Origin: Vicugna vicugna
Lineage: Eukaryota
Assembly (NCBI GenBank): GCA_013265495.1
Contig: MU058387.1
Span: 1,178,001 to 1,242,000, forward strand
DNA length: 64,000 nt
Direction of reading: 5' to 3'
Below the pieces are notes generated by a model that saw only the letters and a program-made list of their open reading frames with translations, was not told the DNA's origin and made no database searches. Position 1 is the stretch's first letter, and the number at the start of each line of letters is the position of its first letter. Below are positions 52,296-64,000 of this stretch, in pieces. The position numbers and the translations under genes are program-made.

Positions 52296-53304
52296 AGAAC
52301 AGAAATAGATACTGGTGAATAGATGTATAAATGAAGCTGGCTGCATTTGAAACAAATTATTGTTAGAATTGTGATATTTACAGCTTTGTAATTATTTATT
52401 TTGCTGACTTATAAGTCCACTTAAACTTACTGAATTATTTATCAGGTATTTCCCAAGTCTCTAATATTTATGGTATTGTTTTAAGTATCCCGGCAAAGAG
52501 AACTCAGACTGGTAAAGTACCTGTGAGACCATGTTCCCTCCAACTGGCTCAGCTTTACCTCTTTATTTCCAGGGATTTTTTCTTTGTTTGTTTGTTTCAC
52601 TTTCTTAACTATTAATAATTTGAGACTAGGGACTATATTTCTTTCATTATTTTATCTCTAGGTGTAGTCAGGTAACATTCTCAATAAATATTTATTGAAA
52701 GAAGGAATATTCGAATAAAATGAGAAGAGTTTAAGGGAGTCACAGACTTAGGATGAATGTGAGGAGACACTCAGGCAAAGCCGATGTGCCTCAAGATTTC
52801 GTCCCCAAAATGCCTGAGTTTTTTTTTTTCTCTGCCATGAGTTTTGCCATTCAATTCTATCAATTACAAATTGAACTTAATCTTTTAATAAAAAAGGTAC
52901 CTGAGAGGAACTGAAGGCTACTACTCTTCTCATGTCAGTATAAATGAATACTTTTGTGTGCATTTGCTTCCCCAAGCTCTAGGCTCCAAAAGAATTTAGT
53001 GTAATTAAAATAAAATTAGTTTGTTTTCTTCCCACACCTAGCCAAGCTTAGCTGCACCAATGCAATGGGAGTCTGGGGAGAAGATTAAAACTCATTTGAG
53101 ATCCTTAAAGGAATTATGTGGGCTTTTCAGTGAGCTTGAGTGGGATCCTACATTGGATTAACTAAAGATAATTTAAAAATATTTTATAAAATAGATTTTG
53201 CTATTCTAGCTTGAGAACCTAATTACCAATAAGAACATATATCCATGGAAAACAAAAATGTGTTACATATTTTTTGCTCTTTTGGGTTGTTTTGAACAGG
53301 AACC

Positions 53305-53376
53305 TTATATATATTATCTATATGTATATAATAATGTATATATGTATATGTATATATATTATTATATATATATATA
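53305..53376. repeat. (TA)n-rich simple repeat
   Basis: tatatatattatctatatgtatataataatgtatatatgtatatgtatatatattattatatatatatata. Confidence 0.9.
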
Positions 53377-53499
53377 GTTTGCTTTTTCTCACACAAGGAT
53401 AATTGTGTTTTAGGTGACTGGGGCAATATATGCTATTAGATAAATAATTAAAAAAGGGAAGTCAGTGGTAAAGAAGTAAATAGTTATTTATTAACTAAA

Positions 53500-53670
53500 A
53501 TCTACTGAGTACTTCCTGTTATTTCCTTTAATTATTAGCAAGCCCTTATAAAATTGGTAACATTATAATTGTTCTATAGAGGAGGAAAGGAAACTTGAGA
53601 GAAGAAATAGAGCTGATAAACATCAAAGCCAGAATCTGAAGCCAGGTCTCGAGATGCACCTCAGCACTGC
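53500..53670 (-). mobile_element. MIR SINE
   Basis: tatagaggaggaaaggaaacttgagagaag...aaagccagaatctgaagccaggtct. Confidence 0.55.
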
Positions 53671-53684
53671 TCCGCAGTTATACC

Positions 53685-54470
53685 CATTCATTCATCAGAT
53701 TCAGTGGGTGTCAGGTTTGTGTCTGGCACAGTGTCTGGGCAGAGTAGTAAACAAGCAAAAGATCTTGTTCTTGCAGAACTTTGATTCCAATGGAGGGAGA
53801 GAAATTACACAAACACATGAATAAATAAGTATGTATGTGTTGTAACCCATTATTTGAAGTAAAATGATAGATATGATGAGAGAGAAAGTAAATTCAGTTA
53901 ATTTAGGTGATGGTGAAAAAGGAGCCTTTTCCAATCTCAGTGGTGAAACTGAAGTGGTCAAGAAAGGCTTCTTGAATTTATTTGGAAAAAAGAAAGAGAC
54001 TCACAGACATAGAAAACAAATTAATGGTTACTAGGGGAAAGGGTAGGGAGGAGGGATAAATGAGGAGTTGGGATTTGCAGATACAAACTACTATACACAA
54101 AATAAATCAACAGCAAGGACCTGCTGTGTCACACAGGGAACTATATTCAATATTTTGTAATAAAGTATAATGATAAAGAATATAAAAAATAATATATATG
54201 TATTACTTAATCAATGTTGTACACCAGAAATTAACATGACATTGTAAATCATCTATGCTTAATTTAAAAAAAGAGAGAGAGAGAAAGGAAGACTTCTTGG
54301 GAAGGCTTGATGGTGGAGGTAAGATCTGAGCCAGTTCTTGAAGGATGAATAGGATGTAGATAGACTAAAGGAAAGGAAACGATTTGTACAAGAACAAATA
54401 TTTAAAGGTCCCTGGGAGTAAATAAGTGTGGTGCTCTCTAGAGACTGGGAGGGCCTTGTGTGAGCTTGGC
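53685..54470 (-). mobile_element. L2 LINE fragment, split by an L1 3' end
   Basis: cattcattcatcagattcagtgggtg...tgtctggcacagtgtctgggc; resumes after the L1 with gatctgagccagttcttgaaggatgaatagga. Confidence 0.65.
53975..54284 (+). mobile_element. 5'-truncated L1 3'UTR of cetartiodactyl type
   Basis: gagactcacagacatagaaaacaaattaatggttact...gcagatacaaactacta...cacagggaactatattcaata...acaccagaaattaac, A-rich tail, 13/15 TSD aagaaaggcttcttg (53960-53974) / aaggaagacttcttg (54285-54299). Confidence 0.85.
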
Positions 54471-54761
54471 CATTTAACTAGATACAATATTAAAGGGAAA
54501 AGTTTTTAGAGATCTACCTTGACCTTGCCTGGCAATCCCTTCTCTGGATTCCCTTATCCCGTATAGTCAAAGCAGCTGAAGCTAACTCCCCCACACCTGG
54601 CCTTCCTCTGGTCGGTATTTATCATGATTTCTTGGAAGTTGTCCCTTACGGACATCTTCAGAGTTCTTAAGGAACTTTTCTGACAGTAGTCTTTTCACAG
54701 CTGGAAAGGAAACAGATAAACTCTAATTTGACTTCCACCAAAAAATTTCATTACCCATTAA

Positions 54762-55030
54762 GCTTTTGGAAAATGTTTATTTCACGGATTATACTCCGTG
54801 GCATAGATGTATATGTTTCATGGAATATATTCCATGGAAAAATAGGTTTGGAAAGCACTGTGTGCTATACCATCCTCTGAGATCAGTCTCCTGTATATAA
54901 AAGCCGCAGCACAAATTAGGCTTAATTTTCTGCAGCACGGCATTCCACAGACATTTTATCACAGATCACTTTTCCGCTGCTGCTGAGGTTAAGAACGTTA
55001 CCTTCTCACTCATCTTTTAGGAAAAGTGGC
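54762..55030. mobile_element. MER103-like hAT-Charlie element
   Basis: ttccatggaaaaataggtttggaaagcactgtgtgctataccatcctc resembles MER103C; internal inverted repeats. Confidence 0.55.
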
Positions 55031-55984
55031 TTCAACTCCACCACATAAACCAGGATACATAGAGGTCCCTCTAAGAAACGCATTTTGCTACTTAAATTAC
55101 CACCAGACAAAAGCAGATAGGAGTCAGCAGCTAATAATTCATCCACAGTGATATTTTGTTGGCATGTAATCAAGTCAATTTACATGGCACTGAAAGGCTA
55201 TTCATATGCTTAATCTCATCTCATGTATGTATTATTTTAATTAGGCCACCTATTAATCAATTATTGGGAAACCAATCCTATCGGGGAAAAAAATCTGTAC
55301 ATGTACATTATTTTTAAAACTCTCCTAAAAGTGAAGCCTAATTAAACTGTCAAAAATATATCCCTGTATCAGCCTAATATCTACCTTTCACATACATTTT
55401 TGGATTAGTATTCTTTTTTACTACTACATATCTTGTCTAACATTTTAAGGAATTGACAGTTTTAAATGAAGCATAATATTTCTTTTCTAATGTGTAAATT
55501 AATTCCAATTCTCAATCATATCTTCTTACTCAAGTGTTCTTCCCTTTAATTATGTATATATATATACACACACATACTTGTAAAGGATTTTAAACATTTT
55601 CTTAAAGTATAGTCATTAATATATCTTGGTTTTATGTCAAAAGTTTTCTCTCTTCCAAAGTCACAGAGTCTCAGGACCAAATGAACTTGCTACCACTTGC
55701 TTTGTTTTATGTCTCGAGGTGCCCCCTAGGTCACCCTGGACTTCACACACTCCATACTGGGATCATCTGTTCTTTTTTGTAATTTAAGTTTTCTGGCTCT
55801 TCTTCTGCCTCTGAAAAGCTTGTTTTAAAATAAACACATCGCCATTTTGAAACACTTGGAGAAATTAAAGTTTTTGATGCATTTTTCTTTGCTTCTGTTA
55901 GAATGAATGATGTACTATGTTATAAATTCTTTCTAGTCCGTATTTGGGTGAAACAATTAGAGAATTAATATGTGTTGAGACAGG

Positions 55985-56150
55985 GGCAGTGATAGTGATT
56001 TTCGTCGATGATCCAGAGCTTCTTCAAATACTTTGAAATAATACAGATATAAATCCGGGGGCCCAGAGTAACTCGTCCGAGATCAGACAGCTAATAGAAG
56101 CAGAGCCCAGCTTGGGACTCAGGTTTGTCCGAGTCCAAGCATGTGCTCAT
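55985..56150 (-). mobile_element. MIR SINE fragment
   Basis: ggggcccagagtaactcgtccgagatcagacagctaatagaagcagagcccagcttgggactcaggtttgtc. Confidence 0.65.
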
Positions 56151-57339
56151 GCTTCTCTTTCAGAAAACCTCATGTCATGAATAAAATGTTAAGAAAGCTT
56201 GGCACTAACCCATGCAAATGCTGCTTGTCCTGACTTTCCAGAAGATTCCTGATGACCCAGTTAGGACACCCGTGGCTAAACGTTATGCCAAGTGTGGTCA
56301 TGTGCACAAAGAAAGAAAAAAAAAATAGTCGTTGTTTTACAAAGACAAAAATGATATCCTCTTTATCAACAGAAATTAGCTATGGCCAAATATGACAATT
56401 TCCATTTTGAAGCACAATGAATTCAGATTAGCAAATGTATATTTTTTGTTTAACTGACATTTTTTTTTCTATCTGAGAGAGGTTATCATGTTGTTTTCTT
56501 AACCAGGTGTTTGTGTGTGAGAGTGTGTGTGTGTGTGTTTAAGAAAGACCAGAAATATCATCTAATAGCACTTTTTTTTAATAAATTAGAAAATATATGG
56601 CTTTTAAATCTGCCTAATCTTGAAAGATGACAAATAGATATTCTCAGCTTAATGTATAACTAAAATATCACAGTAATTTTTATTAATCTCTCTTTAATCT
56701 CTTTGGTCAATAATGATAGATAAAATTAATTGATTTGTGTTTTACTCAACTTACTTATATTGGTTGAGTAATGAGGATGGGCCAGACACTATTCTGTGTA
56801 ATGGGAACAAGGTTAAATACGATGGAAGTGGTCCTTGCCCTCACGAAGTTTACTGCAAAGGCACTGGGGACAAACAATAAAATTATAAAATAATTTACAC
56901 ATTGTGAAAGGTGATATACAGCACTTACCCTAGAAAGTAAAGTATATGAGGGGGCGACATTTAAGTAGAATTCTGAAGAATGAGAATGAGTTAGTCATGC
57001 AAAAAGTTCACTGAAAAGAACTCTACTCAGAAGGAACAGCAGGTGGAAAGCCCTAGGTCAGAAACCATCTTGATGTGCTTAAAGCACAGGAGTAAAGCCA
57101 ATGTCTTGGACTGCAGTGAGCAAGAGCAGAAGTGGTAAGAAGTAAGACCAAAAAATGGCACTCCAGATCTTATAGGGTGTGGTAGACTGTAATGAAAGGT
57201 TTTAGTTCTATTTTATGTACCACGGATACCCTTGAATACTTTAAGCAGAGCAATATGATCTGATTTATATTTTTAAAATAGTACTCTGGGCCAAAATATA
57301 GAAAGTTAGCTACAGGAAGTATGGCATAAACGTCCTGAT

Positions 57340-57903
57340 TGTATGATGTATGACATAGTTTCCAGCTAATACAGTTGACCCTTGAACAGCAGGCATCTGA
57401 ACTGCAAAGGTTCACTTATACAAGTTTGTTTGTTTTAGTACATAGCTACTACAGTACTACAAGCACAGCTGGTTGAAACTGCAGATGTGGACCCATGGAT
57501 ACTGAGGGCAGACTGTACAGTTACATGTGAATTTTCAGCTGCCTGGGGATTGGTGCTCCTAACACTCATATTGTTCAAGGCTCAACCACATTCCATTTCT
57601 CACATTTCTTGGAGTTGAATGGGACTACGTCACTGTTGGGCGTAGTCAGCAGAACTCCCCTGAGTGATCCTCCAGTCCCTTGCATCTCACGCCACAGAAA
57701 TGGCGGAGGCTGAGTATTTCGGATGCTGCTCCTATAGGACGGATGAGGTGCAGTCAGTCTGCGACTCTTAAGTGACTGCATGCAGTAGAGGCCCTTGCGA
57801 ATCTGCAAGAGGCAGATAACATGAGCATGAAATAAATACGAGTTGGGTTAAGCCACTGCAGTTCTGGGATTGTTTGTAACCACAGCATAACCAAACTGAT
57901 TAC
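57340..57903 (+). mobile_element. MLT1 (H/I/J-like) LTR, interrupted by a Tigger MITE
   Basis: 3' end catgagcatgaaataaatac...gttaagccactgcagttctgggattgtttgtaaccacagcataacc...ctgattaca. Confidence 0.7.
57372..57588. mobile_element. Tigger2a/MER8-type Tc1-mariner MITE
   Basis: TA then TIR cagttgacccttgaaca...tgttcaaggctcaac; internal tactacagtactac and ggatactgagggcagact. Confidence 0.85.
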
Positions 57904-58069
57904 AGAGGAAAACAAGATAAATGTTGTTAATAGTCCACATGAGAAACGGTGTTACCTTGAATTGTGATGGTTGCAGTGTACAGAGATCAAACTGAGACGG
58001 ATTTGAATTGCATTTTGTAGGTAAAGCAGACCAACTGTAGGGTTGATTGAATTTTCTGAGTGTCTTCTG

Positions 58070-58555
58070 GGTAGAATTAGGCGATCTTTTGAATTGTCTG
58101 CTGGATTGTCAAACCCATTCCCACACTGTTCTCAGCTACCACCTCTGTCGCAGGAGTTGTAAGTCTGGAAACTGCCTTCTCCAGACTCTTGCCAGAGGAT
58201 TCCAATTTATGCCCTGCAAATGAAAAGCTCTTGTTAAAGATTTGATAGGATGAGAGAGATGGAGAGTTGCTCTGGCTTCGGGTGTGGAGGTGTGAGGGCT
58301 TTGGGAGATGGCAGACAGGAGATTTTTGCCAGTAGATTTCAGTGTCAAAATGCCAATCAACCTATTTGATGCTGAGCGCCTCATTTGGAGCTGGACTTTA
58401 GGATTTCCAGGAAGCTTAGCAGCAATTTTTCTTATCTTCATTGCCCCAGCTCACCCAATGGTTTCATAACCGTCTAATCCTTTGCATTAAATCCCTTCTT
58501 GATGAAAATACCTAGAGTTGTTTCTATTTTCCACACAAGCTATTCACTATCCAGT
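58070..58555 (+). mobile_element. LTR33-like ERVL LTR
   Basis: aagtctggaaactgccttctccagactcttgcc...attaaatcccttcttgatgaaaatacctagagttgtttctattttcc. Confidence 0.65.
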
Positions 58556-58569
58556 ATATTATAGCATAT

Positions 58570-58720
58570 TTTCTAACTAGTCATCTCAGTAAGCAGAGGA
58601 AACCAAGGCTCAGAAGTTAAGGGCATTGTCTAAGATCCTTTCCTCATAATTGATATAATTGGCCCATAAACCCAGCTCATAACTTGTGATTTGTAACTTG
58701 TGCTCGTTTTATTATAACAT
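58570..58720 (-). mobile_element. MIR SINE fragment
   Basis: agaggaaaaccaaggctcagaagttaagggcattgtctaagatc. Confidence 0.55.
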
Positions 58721-59547
58721 ACCTCCCTAAATCTTAATATTCTTCTCTACAAAATGGAATTTAAACAATTTCCTTGTAATCTTAGAGCCTATGATTGACG
58801 TTATCACAATGTATGCATTTTCACTCCAGCAATGAAATTTCTGCTTATAAGGAAAATGACACCTACTGGTGCATCTCGGCACATTTTTATTTCAGGATCG
58901 TTTCCATCTGATTGTCATTTAGCATAAAGCTACCAAATCAGACTTTATAATTTAAAACTCTGAATTGGCTGGTTTGCTTACAGGTAAATGATACTACGCA
59001 GACCTGCTGTTATGAATCCAAAAACACCACGGTGGGGAAATGAGAAAAATAGACATTACTGAAGAAGTGAGGGAAAAGGGTTTAAAGAACTGATTTTTGA
59101 GTCAAACATCTTTCATCACAGAGAGAGGAATATTAGGGAAATGCCAAAGGTAAGCAAAATGTTACAGCTGTAGATTTTTTTTTCAATGATATTTTACTCA
59201 ACTGTCCTGGGAACACATTTTTTTAAAAAACTTATCAGAATAAATTAACTTTACTCTTTCTTATTCATATCCAAAAATCCATTTATGACAAGCTTCAGGT
59301 ATAAACAGAATTGGCAGCCACTTGGTTAGAAATAGTTGATTACAAAAGATAAAGAGAAGCAGACACACACACTTGGACACCATGAGTAAACTGAACATGC
59401 GAGTTCATATGTAGAGGAAGATGCATCATATTTTAGGTTCTGTTGAGTACCACGCATCTTTGCATTCCACACTCCCGAATAAACTTGGAAGTCCTGACAT
59501 CAAGTGAAATTATTTAAATCTGGTTCTATTACCTATTGCATGTATAG

Positions 59548-59932
59548 TATATTTGTCTGCCCAGACTGCCATAAGACAACACTGTAGACTGGGAAGTTAA
59601 ACAGTAATTTATTTCCTCCAGTTCTGGAGGCTGGAAATTCAGGATAAAGGTGCCAGCAGGGCTGATTTCAGTGAGGTCTCTTTCCCTGGTTTGCAGATGG
59701 CCACCTCCGCGCTGTGTCTCATGCAACCGTCCCTCTAGGCACTTGGAAACAGAGGCATGTTTGGTGTCTTTTCTTCTTCTTATAAGGACACCAGTCCTAT
59801 TGAGTCAGAGCCCCACCATTATGTCATTTTGCCTTCATTAACCCCTTAAAGGCTCTGTATCCAAATATAGCTATGTTGGGGGTTAGAGTTTCAACATATA
59901 AATCTTGGAGGGATACAGCTCAGCCCAAAATG
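59548..59932 (-). mobile_element. MLT1A0-like solo LTR
   Basis: gactgccataagacaacac...atttatttcctccagttctggaggctggaaattcaggataaaggtgccagcagg...cttataaggacaccagtcctattg. Confidence 0.85.
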
Positions 59933-60434
59933 TACACATAGCGAGAAGTCAATAAATATGTGTAGAAACGAATTTGAGACTAATAAATTACAGATGGAAA
60001 TTATGACTTGTATCATTGTGTCAGTTTCCAAGTGACCGATATGAAGGATTTCTCTAAAGTATGGACACCTTTACAATTACAAAGTCAGAGGGAATAAAAA
60101 GGAAATGTTGCTTTTTATGCTTTAACAGAAACTTGGTCATGAGTTTTCTTTTTATTTTTGTTCACTGAATCTTCCCAGGTGTCATATGATGCACACTTTT
60201 AAGCAGAACAAAGATGTGCGTATCAAGCCCAGAACAGGGGAATCTAGTCCCAAACAAGGTAACGTGCACAGCACAGGGTGTGAGGACTTTTTATTTCCCT
60301 TAAGGAAATATTCACCTCTGCTCCCCGCAGTTCTAGGTAATGATATTCATACTGATATATTTAGGCAGAAGTGTACGCATGTCTGCAATGTGCTTTAAAA
60401 TGACCTCAGCATATGACAGATTAATGAATGGACA

Positions 60435-60540
60435 GAAGGACAAAAATATTAATGGTTGAATCTGAGTAATAGGTATATGGACGTTCAATGTGAAATTCTT
60501 ACAACTTTGCTGTATGTTTGAAATTCCTTGTAATTAACAC
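60435..60540 (+). mobile_element. L1ME-type 3' terminal fragment
   Basis: ggttgaatctgagtaataggtatatggacgttcaatgtgaaattcttacaactttgctgtatgtttgaaatt. Confidence 0.6.
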
Positions 60541-61279
60541 ATGAGTGAGAAAGCATTTAGGAAAGTGAATGGCTTTTTGTTCCACAATTTTATTTCTGTA
60601 GATTAAAAACATACACACACAATGGCAACATTGCATCTTATATTGAAATATAAAAGAATACTCATGAAACAAGTCAGGGTGGATGCTTGTTTCAGGGATA
60701 GAAACAATACAGGTAAGTGGAGGTAATAAAGGAAAAAAAATCTGAATTTCTTTATACAGATGGGAGATGACCAAAGTCAAAGAACTGAGGAGTGTGATTA
60801 GGCTCTTTGCACCTGCGATAAAATATTGTTTTGAAAGGAAGTGAGGGATAATGCTGCACAGAGCAACCATCCCAGGCTTCCTCGTACATTATGTACCAAG
60901 TCACATGTAAGAAAGCATAGTTCAACCACCTTGGTCTGGATGAAAATGACTGCATTTTCTTACAAACTCCATATTCCAAGAACCGGCTATCTTTGCTGAG
61001 GTTCAATTCTAATTCTGGTTCTACACGAAAACATTTAAATCTCTATATTAGCTCCACGTTAAATAGTTTTACAAAAAGAAATGTGGTTCCTCTAACCAAT
61101 ATGCAGTCATGGCATTGCTGTGTGACTTCCGTACAATCACTTCAACACCTGGTTCTTAACGTCCTCCTGTATAGAATGAGAGACAAAGGATTGAATACTT
61201 ACCAAACTGTTTTGTTTTGTTTTGTTTTGTCTTCCTAGCCATATCATTTTCTGGGGAGGTGTTAGAACAGACTAACTGC

Positions 61280-61470
61280 AAAAGTCAGGACGTTTCTAAC
61301 TCCCATTCTGCAACGTGTTCATGGTGCAAATTATTTGAGTTCACACAGCCTGTTTTCTCATCTGTAAAATGGAACAAAAAACATTCAGGTTAGGATAGTT
61401 GTTAGGATGAAATAATAATATAAATAAGGCACTTAGTTGTAGATCCATCATCCAATATGTGTTCAAAAAT
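61280..61470 (+). mobile_element. MIR SINE
   Basis: ttttctcatctgtaaaatggaa...atagttgttaggatgaaata. Confidence 0.7.
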
Positions 61471-62730
61471 GTTTTTGCTCATAAAAGTTTTAATGTAATT
61501 TTTCTCTGGGAGTAGTTTTCCCAGATCATCAAAAACTCACATTAGCCTTTTAACTCATGTCTGATTTGAACATGCCCTGGAGAACTCAATAAACACTCGG
61601 TATTAGCAGTTCATTAGACATAATTTTTCTCCTGCTTAATATAAGAGGAACCTTTGTTCTGATTCACCTGACAGATGCTGAACTCCCAAAGAGAAGCTTG
61701 TTAAACATCCAGCCAACTGGAGCATTTGTTAGTTCCAACTGCAATCTTGGAAGGTACCAATCAAACAAGCATTTTTTTTTTTTAAAAGAATCTCAAAGCA
61801 TTCGTTGGGAGTCACTGTCATTGGAGTCCTAGAACAATCTTTCTGCCAAGACTAACTCATTCTGTCCCAAACTCCTGTCCCAATCTTTACATACTTTCTT
61901 CTCTCTTAATTGTTTTTCTTCAACATTTTTCTTAATTTAGTTTTAAAATGCAAGAACCATTTTGTCAATAGTGAGCTTTATGTAGTTTTTTTTTTCCCCT
62001 TCGTGTTGGGAGAGTGCTGACTGGAAACTGACAGCTAGGCACTAGAAGCCAAAACTTTTTTTTAGGTATATTTTGGATCCTGTTATTAAGTAGCAAAGTA
62101 GACTAGTCTATCATTCATCCTCTGTGGGTTTAACAATCTCTGTCCCCATCTTTGAACAGCAGGCCCATTGTAATCATGTCCCGAAAAACAGAATCTTGTT
62201 TCTCAACTGGCACTTTTGTGCAAAATATAAAGATCATATTTATATCCACTTCTTGCCGCCCTTGCAACATTGTAAGTCACAATCGATGAAGGTACCACGC
62301 TCTGTGATCTGACATAATTTATTGTGAAACCACTATCCATTTTTGACATTTAAGCTCTGCTTGCCAATTTGCAAGTCTGCTTATAGACCGCCAACCGTGG
62401 GGTCAAGCAATTATTTTGTGGGCCATTGTGAATTCCCTGATCTGGTTGCTCTCTATGTGATTTGATTAAGAGGGTGGCCTGAGGCCATGTGAGTACCTTT
62501 CTTAACAATGAACAATTAGGTAGAGAGCTTTTGAGCATAAATAGTGTGGCTTTAAGGACCTAGGACAACCCTTCTGACTTTTTCTTTCTTCCTTAAGATA
62601 ACTCTCTAAATGTTGGTACTCCAAATCAATTTAACAAGTAGGGAAGAAGAATTTTATCCCATGGTTAGAAGTTAGTATTTGAAAGTAAATGCCTGTGAGT
62701 TAACTGAGACCACTGAGCTAAGTTAGTTCT

Positions 62731-63195
62731 TGTACTAGGTTGGTTAGTCTCACCTCCCTCTGCCCCATGCCAAGTCATCTCCTTCCTGGAACCTCATAAT
62801 GTGACTTAATTTGGAAATAGGTTCATTGCATAGATATTTAGTTAAGTAAGATGAGATCATAGCAGAATAGTGTGGACCCTTAATCCAATTAACTGATGTC
62901 TTTTTTAAGAAGAGGAGAAGCACAGAGGCATAGAGGGAAGATGTCATGTGGCAACAAAAGCAGACATTGGAGTGGTGTATCGACCAGCCAGGAGATATGG
63001 AACATGACTGGCAACACCAGAAGCTAAGATAAACGGATGGAGCAGATTCTCCCCTAATCCCTAAAGTGATAGCAGAGCCCTGCTGACACCTTGATTTAGG
63101 GATTTAGGGCTTCTAGCCTCCAGAACTGTGAAGCAATACATGTTTGCTGTTTTAAGGCACCCATTATTTGATAATTCCTTACAGCAGCTAATATA
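62731..63195 (+). mobile_element. MLT1C-like solo LTR, complete
   Basis: tgtactaggttgg...aatgtgacttaatttggaaatagg...ccctgctgacaccttgattt...gcctccagaactgtga...ctaatata, flanked by a perfect 5-bp TSD gttct (62726-62730, 63196-63200). Confidence 0.9.
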
Positions 63196-64000
63196 GTTCT
63201 GTTGTACACTGGAATTTTGATGACATAAGGGCACTAAGTTTTAGGGTGAAAGAGCATTGAGAAAGGAATGAATATAGTCTAAAATAGTTTTATCTTATTA
63301 CTTAGTAACTTACCAAAACCTAGAACTGGAAAGGATCTAACTGTAAATTCTACAAATGAGATCTTTGCTTTTTTCTCCCCTTCATTTCTTTCTTTTCTAT
63401 TTCTTTTCCACTCTCCTGTGAACTCCATAGCCTTCATCCATTTTCTGTTAAACTTGTGTGCCATGTTTTAAAACCTATTTTATTTCTGTCTCTAGCTAGC
63501 AAATATAATTGCCCCTATGGTCTCATTGATTGTAAAACCCCTTCAAACAAAAGAATATTCTTTGTTAGGTCATTGACTATAAATGTGAATAGCATAATAA
63601 CTAAAATTACTGTGTACATGACATTTTTAAGAATGTCATGTTTCCAGTGGCCGTTTCGATGGACACTTACAGGAAACCTAACAAAATAAAGCTTTCCCTG
63701 CTTAGTCTTTACAACATTTTAATGTGCACAATAGACAAGCTCACCTTGATCTCCCCCAACCACCCGTGATCCTCAGCTAGACAGTAGCATGGTACGGGAT
63801 TTAGGACCGGGTGAGGGGTGCTCTCGTTCGGTGTTTGGTGGCCAGTAATCAATACAGTCGGACATGAATGAACATCACAGATGAGATGAGGCTAGAGGTC
63901 TAGTGTTGCAATTTTGCACACTTTTAAGTGCATATCTCATAAAGCCCAAAGATCTTATTTTGTTTGTTAACACAATATAACAGTCTTTTAACAGAAAAAA

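Larger units (their letters stand above)
56740..58035 (-). mobile_element. L2 LINE fragment, split by an MLT1 LTR
   Basis: ttggttgagtaatgaggatgggccagacactattc...ccagatcttataggg...atatgatctgatttatattttt; resumes at about 57904 with atagtccacatgagaaacggtg. Confidence 0.7.

Noticed and set aside
54780..54840. pre-miRNA-like hairpins
   Set aside because: Explained by inverted repeats of a MER103-like DNA transposon. No known mature miRNA sequence recognised.
58896..58983. Plus-strand 88-bp exon (tttttatttcag|...CAG|gtaaat)
   Set aside because: Stops in all three frames and no linked exons. Indistinguishable from a pseudo-exon.
1..64000. The 60-123 aa ORFs of the six-frame track as genes
   Set aside because: Many start at TTG/GTG, overlap repeats or low-complexity tracts, are F/L/I/K-biased as expected from AT-rich DNA, and match no protein family I recognise.

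Overview
AT-rich placental-mammal DNA, intergenic or deep intronic. No confidently recognisable protein-coding exon, rRNA, tRNA gene or CRISPR array was found. A tRNA-Ala-derived SINE with a perfect 13-bp target-site duplication (20978-21142), an artiodactyl-type L1 3' end and a Tigger2a/MER8-type MITE point to a cetartiodactyl, most likely a camelid. No Alu, B1/B2, Bov-A/tA, PRE or Can-SINE copies were recognised. Much of the window is old eutherian repeat: MIR, L2, L1M fossils (including about 2.9 kb of decayed ORF2), MLT1/MLT2/LTR16/LTR33 LTRs, and MER58, MER96 and MER103 hAT elements, some of them nested. The most unusual part is a repeat-poor block at about 14.4-16.7 kb. It holds a 175-bp AT-rich patch with a hand-counted CpG observed/expected ratio of about 1.7, carrying MYB-, RFX- and CRE-type motifs (a candidate germline promoter). 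It also holds a chain of minus-strand exon-like segments that may splice to an exon at about 7.5 kb (candidate lncRNA or small-ORF gene). Repeat family names come from recalled consensus sequences, not a database search. Boundaries are approximate unless a target-site duplication (TSD) is given. The supplied ORFs look like chance ORFs.
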